Source: Bacillota bacterium (GTDB lineage Bacteria > Bacillota > Sulfobacillia > Sulfobacillales > Sulfobacillaceae). Taken from it: DNA of 64,000 bases. Within the stretch, counting starts at the first letter, position 1; each line of letters starts with the position of its first letter. Shown piece after piece: positions 1 through 8,389 of the stretch. The notes beneath the pieces were generated by a model. The model saw only the letters and a list, made by a program, of their open reading frames with translations, was not told the DNA's origin and searched no databases. The position numbers and the translations under genes are program-made. The DNA is taken from contig JAIMBD010000008.1 of the NCBI GenBank assembly GCA_023511625.1, positions 12,969-76,968 of the forward strand. Direction: 5' to 3'.

Positions 1-573
1 TACCTCGGGTTCCTGTTCTTGGCGGTCAACATCCCCTTGTTCATCCCCACGCTCTTCATCACCTACCTGCACCAGAACCCGGCCGTCATCACCGACAGCT
101 TGACCTGGGGCAGTGTGGGCGTGTTGATCCTGGCGATTCTCTTCGGCGCGTGGGGCCAGCGCATCGGCCGCCGCAAGGGACTGATCATCGGCGGCTTGGT
201 GGCGCTGGTCATCGTCACGCCGCTCTTCGGCTGGATGATTTACGCCGGGTCGCACCACGGCTCGCCCACCACGCTGGTGGTGTTGGGCACCATCGTGGAC
301 GCCTTGGGGCTTTCCTTCTACTCGGGCATCGGGCTGACGTACCTCACCGAGCGCTACCCGCTCAACATCCGGGCGGCAGGGTTCGGCGCCGTCTATTCCT
401 TGTCGACCGTCATCCCGGGCTTTTCGAGCTTCTACCTCCTTGCGCTCCGCGGGCTCATGCCCTACCAATACACGGTGTTGGTGCTGGTGGCCTTGGCCGG
501 GATCCTGGTGACGTGGGGCGCTTGGGCTGGCCCCGAGACCAAAGACTTCGACATGCTGCAAGTGGCCGAGTAG
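1..573 (+). CDS. MFS-type transporter, C-terminal part (5' end outside the window)
   Basis: The frame is open from base 1. The tracked ORF 19-573 is hydrophobic with several TM-like segments (LFIPTLFITYL, GVLILAILFGAWG, LVALVIVTPLFGWMIY) and a charged RIGRRKG loop typical of MFS proteins. Confidence 0.6.
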   Translation, partial: YLGFLFLAVNIPLFIPTLFITYLHQNPAVITDSLTWGSVGVLILAILFGAWGQRIGRRKGLIIGGLVALVIVTPLFGWMIYAGSHHGSPTTLVVLGTIVDALGLSFYSGIGLTYLTERYPLNIRAAGFGAVYSLSTVIPGFSSFYLLALRGLMPYQYTVLVLVALAGILVTWGAWAGPETKDFDMLQVAE

Positions 574-597
574 TACCGACCGGCGACTTCCGAAACG

Positions 598-623
598 GCG
601 AGGGTGGGGGTTCCCACCCTCGC
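598..623. terminator. GC-rich hairpin between convergent genes (candidate bidirectional terminator)
   Basis: gcgagggtggg / ggtt / cccaccctcgc forms an 11-bp perfect stem. It sits between the MFS stop (573) and the metE-like stop (715). A second weaker hairpin lies at 633-655. Confidence 0.5.
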
Positions 624-714
624 TGCGTGCTGCGGGGTCCCCTAAAAAACCCCGGGATAGGATGAGAAACCCCGAGAGCGTCTTGGCTCTGGGGGAAGGG
701 ATCACATGGAGTTT

Positions 715-1887
715 TTAGGCCCAGCGGGCGCGCAGGGTGTCGCGCGCGGCGGCCATGGCCGCCAGTTTGGCTTGGGCCACCTCGGGCCCGTTCATCGGCC
801 GCTGGGCGAAGGTGCCAAAGCCGCAGTCGGGGTTGAGCGCGATCCGTTCCGGCGGCACGGCGTCCGTCAGCCGCGCGATGCGCTCGACGATGGATTCTGG
901 GCGCTCGACTTGGGGCGTGCGCGGGTTGACCACGCCGATGCCGAGGTGTTGAGGCAGCGCCTTGAGCGTCTCGAGCGAGCCGGCCCGTTCGGTGGCGCAC
1001 TCTAAAACCAGCTGGTCGACGGCCAAGGCCTCGAGGTAAGGCACCAACGGGTCCCAGGCTCCGCTGAGCAAGAGGTCCTCCTGGGTGCTCCAGTTGCCGC
1101 GGCAGATGTGGACTGCAAGCCAAGTGTCGTCGCCCGTGAGCCCGGACACGGTGCGGTTGACGAGGTCTACCGCCCACGCCAACTCCTGCTCGGCCTCCAT
1201 GCGTTGCGTCAAGGCCCCGCACATGAAGGTGCGATGGGCGTGGCGCTGGGTGAAGACTACCTCGGTGAAGACCGGCTCGTCGAGCTGGACGATGGCCACC
1301 CCACGGGCCTTGAGCTCGGCGATCTCTTCGCGCAGGATCCGGACCACGTCTTCTGCCAAGCTTTCGCGGTCAGGATAGGCGTGGCGGGAGAGGGCTTCGA
1401 CCCACATGGCGCGGGTCAGCAGATACGGCCCGGGAAGAGCCACTTTGATGGGGCGCTGGGTGAGGGTGCCGAGGTACGCCACCTCGTCGCCCGCCAGCGG
1501 CTTTCGCCGCCGGATGGGGCCAGTGGCCACGGGGTTGGTCAGCGCAAAGGCGGGCACGTCGAGCGTCCCCAACACCTCTTCGAAGGCGGCCTTGTCCTCG
1601 AGGTGGGGCAGGAGCTCGGCCACGGTCATCATGGCCACGCCGTCGAGCTTTTCGGCCACAAAGGCGAGGAAGTTGTCGCGGCGCTGTTCGCCGTCGGTCA
1701 CGACATCGATCCCGGCCGCTTCCTGGGCGGCGACGGCGGCGCGAACGGCCTCGTCGGCGAGGCGTCCAAACGTCTCGTCGTCCATGCGCCCTTGGCGGCG
1801 TTCGCGCAGGGCGCGTACCAGCGCCGGCGGTCGAGGCCAGCTGCCGACCGGGGCGCAGAAGAACGGAGCGCGGGCAACGCGCGGCAT
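715..1887 (-). CDS. Cobalamin-independent methionine synthase family protein (MetE catalytic-domain-only type)
   Basis: 390-aa ORF with an N-terminal VGSWPRPPAL (GSYPRP-like) motif. It also has the IVQLDEP and HICRGN motifs typical of the MetE C-terminal / methionine synthase II family. Confidence 0.8.
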   Translation of the reverse strand: MPRVARAPFFCAPVGSWPRPPALVRALRERRQGRMDDETFGRLADEAVRAAVAAQEAAGIDVVTDGEQRRDNFLAFVAEKLDGVAMMTVAELLPHLEDKAAFEEVLGTLDVPAFALTNPVATGPIRRRKPLAGDEVAYLGTLTQRPIKVALPGPYLLTRAMWVEALSRHAYPDRESLAEDVVRILREEIAELKARGVAIVQLDEPVFTEVVFTQRHAHRTFMCGALTQRMEAEQELAWAVDLVNRTVSGLTGDDTWLAVHICRGNWSTQEDLLLSGAWDPLVPYLEALAVDQLVLECATERAGSLETLKALPQHLGIGVVNPRTPQVERPESIVERIARLTDAVPPERIALNPDCGFGTFAQRPMNGPEVAQAKLAAMAAARDTLRARWA

Positions 1888-1929
1888 GGCAAAGACCTCC
1901 CTGCTTCAAAAACCCGAACCGGCTTGCGC

Positions 1930-2688
1930 TCAGACCAGCTCCCAGCGCACGTGCACAGGAGTAGCCCGCTTGAGGCTCGCAAGGATGGGGGCGCGGCGCT
2001 CTACGGCCCAAGCCGCCGCATCGATGGCATCGGCGGGGTCGGGGCTGGCCACGTAGAGGGTGGCCTCGATGGGGCCGACGACCGGATCGCCCTCGGCCGC
2101 CAGGTCCAGAGCTGAAAGCAGCGCCGTCACTTCCACCGTCACCCGCGCCTCGATGGCGTCTACGGTCAGCCCCCGCCGGCCGGCTTCGCGCAAGAAACCG
2201 GCGCCCAACTCGGCGGCCAGTGCCGAGCCGAGCAGCTCGACGGCCGTCGGGGCTTCGGTCTCGGGACCGAAGTCCAAAGGGGCCCCGGTGGGCCAGGATT
2301 GGTTACGGGCGAAGGCCGTGCCGGGAGCCGAGGGGCGTGCGCTCCACCGCACCGTCCAGCGGAACCCTTTGAGCGCATCGAGGTCTTGGCTCAGGGTCTT
2401 AGGTTCCCGCACCTCGGCGCCTTTGCGCACCTGGTAGTAGGTGGTCTGGCCGTCGCCCGGCCAAGCTCCGACCCATTCGTGGCCGACCATGCGGCACCAA
2501 GCGGGAAGATCCTCCGCCACCGAGCGCTCCCGCGAACGGACCTCCAACACTTGGCCCGGGGCCAAGGGGGCCATGGCCCGGCGGATGATCAACAGCAAGC
2601 CGGATCCGCAGTCGAGGTCGCCGCCTTCCACGACTGCGTGATACGGTGGGCGGGCGACCGGGTCGCCCGCGGCGTCTGGGCTTTCCAT
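1930..2688 (-). CDS. TusA/SirA-like domain fused to an OsmC/Ohr-like domain
   Basis: The N-terminus has the GGDLDCGSGLLLIIRRAM...VLEVRS...DLPAWC TusA-like pattern. The C-terminal ~140 aa resemble OsmC-family proteins (LLGSALAAELGAGF..., VTVEV...). Confidence 0.7.
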   Translation of the reverse strand: MESPDAAGDPVARPPYHAVVEGGDLDCGSGLLLIIRRAMAPLAPGQVLEVRSRERSVAEDLPAWCRMVGHEWVGAWPGDGQTTYYQVRKGAEVREPKTLSQDLDALKGFRWTVRWSARPSAPGTAFARNQSWPTGAPLDFGPETEAPTAVELLGSALAAELGAGFLREAGRRGLTVDAIEARVTVEVTALLSALDLAAEGDPVVGPIEATLYVASPDPADAIDAAAWAVERRAPILASLKRATPVHVRWELV

Positions 2689-2740
2689 GGGCGATATGCC
2701 TCCCTGTGCGCGGGGGTCCAGGAACGTCCGAGTTGGCGTG

Positions 2741-3103
2741 TTAGTAGGTGATGGACGCGGATCCCGGACGCATGAACTCGACTAGTTTTGCGCCCCCCAC
2801 GATGGTGGCGCCGGCGATGAGGGTCCCTTCGTCGAGTTGCCGCTTTTTGAAACACGGGCTGCAGACGTAGATGGTCCCGCCTTCTTGCACGAATTGGTCC
2901 ATGAGTTCCTTGAGGGGTGCGAAGCCACTTTCGTGGATGGTATCGGCCTGTCCGCGCACGGCCAAGTAGACGCCGTTGGTGGAGAGAAACACCAGCGTCT
3001 CGCATCCGGAAGCCAGGGCCGCGTTGGCCACCACAAAGCCCACCGTGGCCTTGTCCGGGTCGTCGTGGGCGTGGGTGATGCTGACCACAAACCGATCTGC
3101 CAT
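2741..3103 (-). CDS. DsrE/DsrF-like sulfur-relay family protein
   Basis: MADRFVVSITHAHDDPDKATVGFVVANAALASG...TIYVCSPC matches the DsrE-family pattern. ATG at 3103 has AAGGAGG upstream; the tracked ORF begins at an upstream TTG (3124). Confidence 0.75.
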   Translation of the reverse strand: MADRFVVSITHAHDDPDKATVGFVVANAALASGCETLVFLSTNGVYLAVRGQADTIHESGFAPLKELMDQFVQEGGTIYVCSPCFKKRQLDEGTLIAGATIVGGAKLVEFMRPGSASITY

Positions 3104-3211
3104 AGGACAATCAACCTCCTTCAAGATGTTCCGGCCATCACCCCCGGTCGGACGACGCGGCTACCGGCGGGTGAGGTGCCGGGGCCGGCCGTGGACGCGG
3201 GATGGCCGCCG

Positions 3212-3466
3212 TCAGCGGCTGTCGGGTTCGCGCCGTATCCAATAGCGGTCTTCGGTCTCACCGGGCTGCCACGCGACCAAGGTATAGCCGCGAAGCCGGC
3301 AGAAGGCCGGGATGTCCTCGCGGCCCCCACGGTCGCGGGCCACGACTTCCAGCACCGTCCCCGGTTCGAGGGCGCGGACCTTGCGGTTTAAGGCCAATAC
3401 CAGCTCCCCGCACCCCATATCTCCGGCATCCCATACGACGTGGGCCGTCGGTCGGTGGTCGACCAC
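3212..3466 (-). CDS. TusA/SirA-family sulfur carrier protein
   Basis: 84 aa with DAGDMGCGELVLALNRKV...VLEVVARD...DIPAFC, the TusA-like active-site Cys context. Confidence 0.75.
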   Translation of the reverse strand: MVDHRPTAHVVWDAGDMGCGELVLALNRKVRALEPGTVLEVVARDRGGREDIPAFCRLRGYTLVAWQPGETEDRYWIRREPDSR

Positions 3467-3515
3467 CGCGCATCTCCTCCTTACGTCTTGTCCTTACGTC
3501 TTGCGCGTCGCCATC

Positions 3516-4154
3516 CTACCCCAAGAGATGTTTGAGGATGGGACCGGTCTTCCACGTGGCCAAGTCTTTGAGGACGTTGCCGTCGTCGATGATCAACAAG
3601 AGGGCCACGGCAACCGTCAAGGCCCCGGCGATCTGCTGGATCTGCCGCAGGCGCTCTCCATCACTGCGGCCAAGCCGACGCGCCCACCACACGCCGCCCA
3701 AACTCACGGCGAGAAACGCGAAGGCAAAGCCTGCGGCGTAGACCACCAGGGTGGCCACGGCCGCGCCCAGGGTGGGGCGAGAGGCGATCAGCGGCAAGGT
3801 CAAGAGCAAGGTGACCTGAAAACCCATGGCTAACCCGATGCCGGTAGTGTAGCTGGTTCCAAGGCTCGCGCCGCGTCCGGGATCCACGCGCGCCCTCCAT
3901 CCGAGGCCCGACGGCCACTGCAAGACGCCCAGGCGGTTTAACCCCACGCCTAAGAGCACGATGCCGCCGGCCACGCCGAGCCACTGCATGGCATGGGGGA
4001 ACCAATGGGTCAACAAGGCCGCAACGAGGCCCAAGGCGAGGACCACCGTGACGATGCCGAGCGCCAACGCCAGTGCGTGACGAAAACGCACGCCCATGCC
4101 CTGGCGATCGAGGTGCTCCACCGAAGCACCCACCCCGCCGAGGTGCCCCACCAA
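3516..4154 (-). CDS. CcdA/DsbD-like polytopic membrane protein (tracked ORF; the frame continues upstream through an in-frame TGA to a GTG at 4226)
   Basis: 212-aa ORF with 5-6 hydrophobic segments. Upstream and in frame lies GTG GTG GTC...= VVVTAFVAGLVSFCAP, then TGA (4176-4178), then LLSILPALVGHLGG. The start is preceded by GGAGAGGAGGAG. Together this reads as a CcdA-type N-terminus. Confidence 0.6.
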   Translation of the reverse strand: MVGHLGGVGASVEHLDRQGMGVRFRHALALALGIVTVVLALGLVAALLTHWFPHAMQWLGVAGGIVLLGVGLNRLGVLQWPSGLGWRARVDPGRGASLGTSYTTGIGLAMGFQVTLLLTLPLIASRPTLGAAVATLVVYAAGFAFAFLAVSLGGVWWARRLGRSDGERLRQIQQIAGALTVAVALLLIIDDGNVLKDLATWKTGPILKHLLG

Positions 4155-4276
4155 GGCGGGTAAGATGGAGAGCAGTCACGGGGCGCAGAACGAAACGAGT
4201 CCGGCAACAAAGGCCGTGACCACCACAATCTCCTCCTCTCCGGCGGGGCATGCGGCCGCTGTCCAACGCCGCGGCC

Positions 4277-4282
4277 ATTATA
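4277..4282 (-). promoter_or_regulatory. Candidate -10 box (perfect TATAAT on the minus strand) for the ccdA-like/tusA/dsrE operon
   Basis: Plus-strand attata equals TATAAT on the minus strand. It lies about 50 nt upstream of the GTG at 4226, in a locally AT-richer stretch. No convincing -35 element. Confidence 0.35.
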
Positions 4283-4919
4283 CTGGATCGATATCGGAAA
4301 GGGGATGGATTATGCAGGATAGGAATGAAAAAAGGGAACCGGCAAATGCATGATGTTGACAGCCAAGCCGGAAGGCTGAGATCATACCGTCTTGTGCGGG
4401 TTTTCTGGCGGAAGTAGACTGAAGTCCGAGAAATCATGGCATGAGTTTTGGGCAACGCGGGGGAAGGACCCGGCTCAGCGAATGCATACCGAATACGGGC
4501 AGGCCTGGGCGAGAAGGTCTAGGCTACGCCGTGAGCCTGCTTGAGCATCGTGCGGGGCAGGGCGCGGCGTCGGGAGGACATCCCCACGCCGCCGGCCGCT
4601 CTGGACAGACGGCCACTGCGCCGGCGGGTTTTGCGGTCACCCAACGCGTGGCTTCGGTGGAGAAGAAGCCCGTCCCTGGGATTTTCGGCCGCCCGGGCGC
4701 GCTTTGGTGTACCTTTTGGAGACGTTAGGCGGGCGGTACAGGTCGGGGACGCGATGGGTGTTGGGATACGGCGAGAAGAGGCGAGGGGACGAGGATGAGC
4801 GACGACGCGGAGCTGGATCGGCTGACCAAAAACCCAGCGGCGCAAGCGCCGCGCTTCCGCGCTGGGGATAAGCCGCCCAGTTCTGGGAATTAGATGCGTG
4901 CCTGCGGTATAATCACTCT

Positions 4920-5317
4920 ATGGCTCGGCAATGCCGTTCAAACCGCCAGGTGGTGTACTCCTGCCCCGATCACGGGGTTTGGTGCCCGACGTCTCGGCGG
5001 CGGGTGCTGGGGGAAGGCGTCGACACGCGGCGAAAGACCCTCCTTTGCGAGGTGGCCGCCGAACGGCAGGCGGAGATCCTCGAGATGGCCGTGATGCCCG
5101 ATCCTGTGCATCGCTGGATCTCGGTCGATCCGCAATTCGGCTCCCCCGCTTGGTTCGGCGGATGAAGGGCCGGTCGTCCCGCCTATTGCGACAGGAATTC
5201 CCTGGGCTGCGGAGTCGTCTACCCACTCTGTGGGCCAATCGCTACGTCGTCGCCACCGTGGGAGGTGCGCCGCTTGCCGTTATCAAGCAGTACCTCGAGA
5301 ACCAGCAGCGGGTATGA
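4920..5317 (+). pseudogene. tnpA: IS200/IS605 Y1 transposase TnpA, frameshifted and with a degraded HUH motif
   Basis: The 4920 frame gives ...VWCPTSRRRVL...EILEMAVMPDPVHRWISVDPQF. The 4931 frame continues LVRRMKGRSSRLLRQEFPGLRSRLPTLWANRYVVATVGGAPLAVIKQYLENQ. The frames switch at a C5 run (5143-5147). The expected PDHVHLL reads PDPVHRW. Confidence 0.75.
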
Positions 5318-6461
5318 GGTCCGGCGGTTGCACTTGGACCCTACTCCGCAAATGGAGGCCCTGGCCCGTGCGGCGGGCGATTTGTATACCCGCACGGTGG
5401 TCAGCTTTTGGCGCACGGTGCGCAAGCAGGCAGTATGGCTCAAACCCTCGTCGATGATGCGCTGGCACACGTCCGGCCAGCTTCACGCCCATAGCGCGGA
5501 TGCGGTGGTCCAAAGCTTTTATGCGGCCCTGAAATCCTGGCGGAAGCGTCGGAAGATGGATCCGCACGCCAAGCCGCCCCACCATCGCCGCCGATACTAT
5601 CGGGTGCAGTGGAAGTCCTCTGCGATTCGAGTACAGAATGGTTGCCTCGTGCTGTCCAATGGACGGGGCAATGCGCCGCTCATCGTCCCGTGGTCCTGGG
5701 ACCGGCCGGTGCTCGTCGAACTCGGGTGGACGGGAGCGACGTATGAACTCCGGTGCGTCTACCAGCGGGAGGATTCGGTGTCTCCACCGCTCGGCGATGG
5801 CGTAGCCGGCGTCGATCTAGGCGAAGTGCATCTCGCGGTGGTCCACGACGGTCAACACACCACGATCTTCAATGGCCACGCCTTGCGGGCCAAGCGCCAG
5901 TACCAGAACAAGATCCAAGCAACCCTTGCCGCGAAGCAGTCCCGCCTGAAGAAGGGCTCTCGCCGTTGGCGCAAGCTCCAACGGAGCAAACGGAAGCAAC
6001 TCCGGCAACTCGACCACCAGATCCGCGACCTCCTGCACAAGCAAACCACCGCTCTCGTCTCCACCCTCCACGCAAGCCGGGTGCAGACGGTGGTCATCGG
6101 GGATGTGCGGGATCTGCGACAACGGGTGGACTATGGCTCCGCCGCCAACCAGCGGATCCACCAGATGGTCACAGGCCGCGTGCGGTGGCTCATCACCTAC
6201 AAGGCGGAGCGCCGCGGCATGCGGGGGGTACTCCAGGATGAGGCGTACACCTCCCAGGAGTGCCCGCGTTGTCTGCACCGCCACAAGCCGCAGGGGCGGG
6301 ACTACCGTTGCCCGGCCTGTGGATTTTGTTTCCACCGCGATGGGGTCGGGGCGATCAACATCCGGCGCAAGTATCTGGGTCTCGGCCCAGTAGTTGGGGT
6401 CATGGCGTCCCCCACAGGCGTGCGGTGGCATCCCCATCAGCGCGCCCGCGTAGCTCGCTAA
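5265..6461 (+). CDS. tnpB: TnpB (IS605 OrfB family, RuvC-like RNA-guided nuclease)
   Basis: 398-aa ORF with GVDLGEVHLAVV (RuvC-I), the zinc ribbon CPRCLHRH...YRCPACGFCFHRDGVGAINI, and lysine/arginine-rich helices. The true start is probably near 5310-5330, just after the tnpA stop. Confidence 0.85.
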   Translation: MRRLPLSSSTSRTSSGYEVRRLHLDPTPQMEALARAAGDLYTRTVVSFWRTVRKQAVWLKPSSMMRWHTSGQLHAHSADAVVQSFYAALKSWRKRRKMDPHAKPPHHRRRYYRVQWKSSAIRVQNGCLVLSNGRGNAPLIVPWSWDRPVLVELGWTGATYELRCVYQREDSVSPPLGDGVAGVDLGEVHLAVVHDGQHTTIFNGHALRAKRQYQNKIQATLAAKQSRLKKGSRRWRKLQRSKRKQLRQLDHQIRDLLHKQTTALVSTLHASRVQTVVIGDVRDLRQRVDYGSAANQRIHQMVTGRVRWLITYKAERRGMRGVLQDEAYTSQECPRCLHRHKPQGRDYRCPACGFCFHRDGVGAINIRRKYLGLGPVVGVMASPTGVRWHPHQRARVAR

Positions 6462-6512
6462 GGCGAGAAAGAATCCCCGCGCTTTAGCGCTGGGGAGAAC
6501 GTCAAGTATTGC

Positions 6513-6980
6513 TTGCACTCTCATCGGCAGCCAGGGGCTCAGATCCCGGCAGTGCACCCCGACGTTTTGGCGACCGAATACTTCGACAGTCTGTTCGAAC
6601 AGCACGTCTTTCTCCGCTTGGTGGAACGCGGATATCGCGTCATTCCCCAATACCGGGTCGGCGATTGGCGCATTGACCTGGTGGTGGAGGGGCTCCGGGC
6701 CCGCCTGGCCGTAGAATGCGACGGAGACCGGTGGCACGGTCCCGAACAATGGCTACAGGACCTCGAACGCCAACGGGCATTGGAGCGCGCGGGCTGGGAA
6801 TTTGTCCGGATTCGCGGCTCCGCCTTTTACCGAGACCCCGAGGGGGCCCTGGCGCCGTTGTGGGAGCGCCTACATGCGCGCGGCATCGAGCCGATGCCCG
6901 ACGGTCAATCCGGCCGGCCGGCGTGGGCGTCGACGGGAGCACGGCCTAGTCCGGGTGCGGGAGAGGACGGTGTGTTATGA
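6513..6980 (+). pseudogene. Orphan C-terminal DUF559/Vsr-like endonuclease domain (remnant of a larger helicase-type protein)
   Basis: FEQHVFLRLVERGYRVIPQYRVGDWRIDLVVEG...LAVECDGDRWHGPEQW..D..RQRALERAGWEFVRIRGSAFYRDPE is the pattern found at the C-terminus of large AAA/helicase proteins. No N-terminal body is present, and it starts right after the IS right end. Confidence 0.55.
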
Positions 6981-7034
6981 TGGCGATGCCCCCTCGCCAC
7001 CGGCGCGGCCTTGCCTGAGAAAGGGAGCGAGATC

Positions 7035-7877
7035 ATGGCCATTCGCAACGTCATCTCCACGTTGACTCCGACCGGCGAAGAGATCATGGGGCCGGATGTC
7101 CTCCTCTACCACTATCCCGGCAACGACATCCTCAACGGCTCGCTTTTGACGGTGGAGTCCAACCACTTCTGCGTGTTGAAAAGCCGCGGCGCCATTTTGA
7201 ACGTCTACGAGACCGGCCAGTACCCGGTAGAAACCCCCCAGCGGGTGATCATCGGCGCCATCCAGCAGGCCTTTTACGGCGGACAGTCCCCCTGGCAGTA
7301 CGAAGCCATCTACATCAACCGCGCCAAACTGGTGATCCGCGCCGAGGGGCAGGCACTCTCGCGGGAGATGGCCCAACTGCACTATCAGGTAGACTACTAC
7401 ATCCACGTCGATTCTAAAGAAGATGCCCTAAAACTGGTCCAACACATGCCGTATCAGGGGCACTTCATCAAGACCCCAGAAGTCAACGCCTACGCCACGC
7501 CGGTCCTAGAGCAGGCCATCAACCAAGTCTGCCAGGTCACCCCCCTGGAACAGATCAACGAGCGCATCCACGACCTCACTGAGGTGGTGACGGCCCAGCT
7601 CCAGGAGTTCCTCTCCACCTACGGCATTACCTTGAACCACGTCAAAGTGCTGGTGTGGCCGGCCGACCCCTTGATGAAGCAGCTCATTGCGCTCAGGGCC
7701 TTTGGCCTGCCCGAGGAGCGGGCCGTGCAGTACCACATTGCCATGTTGATGGCCGAGCGCGGGCTGATTACGGCCCCCAACATCGTGACCGGGACCGGAT
7801 TTACCATTCAAGGGCTGCCGCTGGCGCCCGTAGATTTGGGCGTGCACGGCGAGGGCGCGCGGCGGCCGGGTGGCTAA
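7035..7877 (+). CDS. SPFH/band-7-like domain protein (YdjI/virion-core-like family)
   Basis: The ORF has an AAGGGAG SD before ATG 7035. Motifs LLTVESNHFCVLKSRGAILNVYETGQYPVETP... and AIYINRAKL are typical of COG4260-type SPFH proteins. Confidence 0.7.
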   Translation: MAIRNVISTLTPTGEEIMGPDVLLYHYPGNDILNGSLLTVESNHFCVLKSRGAILNVYETGQYPVETPQRVIIGAIQQAFYGGQSPWQYEAIYINRAKLVIRAEGQALSREMAQLHYQVDYYIHVDSKEDALKLVQHMPYQGHFIKTPEVNAYATPVLEQAINQVCQVTPLEQINERIHDLTEVVTAQLQEFLSTYGITLNHVKVLVWPADPLMKQLIALRAFGLPEERAVQYHIAMLMAERGLITAPNIVTGTGFTIQGLPLAPVDLGVHGEGARRPGG

Positions 7878-7879
7878 CC

Positions 7880-8389
7880 ATGCCGCGCCCATCGCCGCTC
7901 ATCGCGGAAATCCGCCGGTTTGTCGGGGCGGGGCCCGACCATCCTTACGCGTCGGCCGAGAACATGCGCGCCTTCGACCACCTTCTGCGCAGCCAGGCCG
8001 CTGCCGCCTTGGCTCGGGCTGCGGCCGTCTGGCGCCGTCGGTATACGGCGGCCTTGGCCGATCCCTCGGCGGCGTTGGCTGCGCTGGCGGGAAAGAGCGG
8101 GGCCGTGGAGGCGGCGCGGGCCGCCAAGGGGTGGGCCGACCGCCTCTCCCAGCTGGCCCAACTCCTCGAGGTCCAGCCCGCCCCTGCCGGCGATCGGGTG
8201 TGGCGGCGGCTTCGCGACACCGAAAGCCTTCTCGACACCTTGATCGCCCTCGATTACGCCGTGGTCGGCCACCTCGAGGCGATAGGACGGGCGACGGAAC
8301 AAGGGGCCGTAGTACAGTTGGAGGCAGAACTGGCACGGCTTGAGGCTCGGCTTCGGGAACGCTGGCAGCTTCTGGAGTCGGTGCCCTAA
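7880..8389 (+). CDS. Hypothetical alpha-helical protein downstream of the SPFH gene
   Basis: ATG at 7880 lies 3 nt after the SPFH stop. 169 aa, Ala/Leu/Arg-rich and helical. No recognisable motif. Confidence 0.5.
   Translation: MPRPSPLIAEIRRFVGAGPDHPYASAENMRAFDHLLRSQAAAALARAAAVWRRRYTAALADPSAALAALAGKSGAVEAARAAKGWADRLSQLAQLLEVQPAPAGDRVWRRLRDTESLLDTLIALDYAVVGHLEAIGRATEQGAVVQLEAELARLEARLRERWQLLESVP

Larger units (their letters stand above)
4830..6500 (+). mobile_element. IS200/IS605-family insertion sequence (tnpA pseudogene plus tnpB)
   Basis: tnpA-tnpB gene pair. Both ends carry a related subterminal hairpin: left cgcgcttccgcgctgggga (~4848-4866), right ccgcgctttagcgctgggga (~6476-6496). Confidence 0.75.

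Noticed and set aside
4356-4830. A plus-strand TTGACA-N18-GATCAT promoter-like element at 4356-4385. I also considered whether 4390-4830 encodes the missing 5' body of the truncated helicase or an ncRNA.
   Set aside because: No frame in 4390-4830 shows helicase-like motifs. Without covariation or expression data an ncRNA cannot be supported. The AT-rich patch is more simply the divergent promoter region of the minus-strand sulfur operon.
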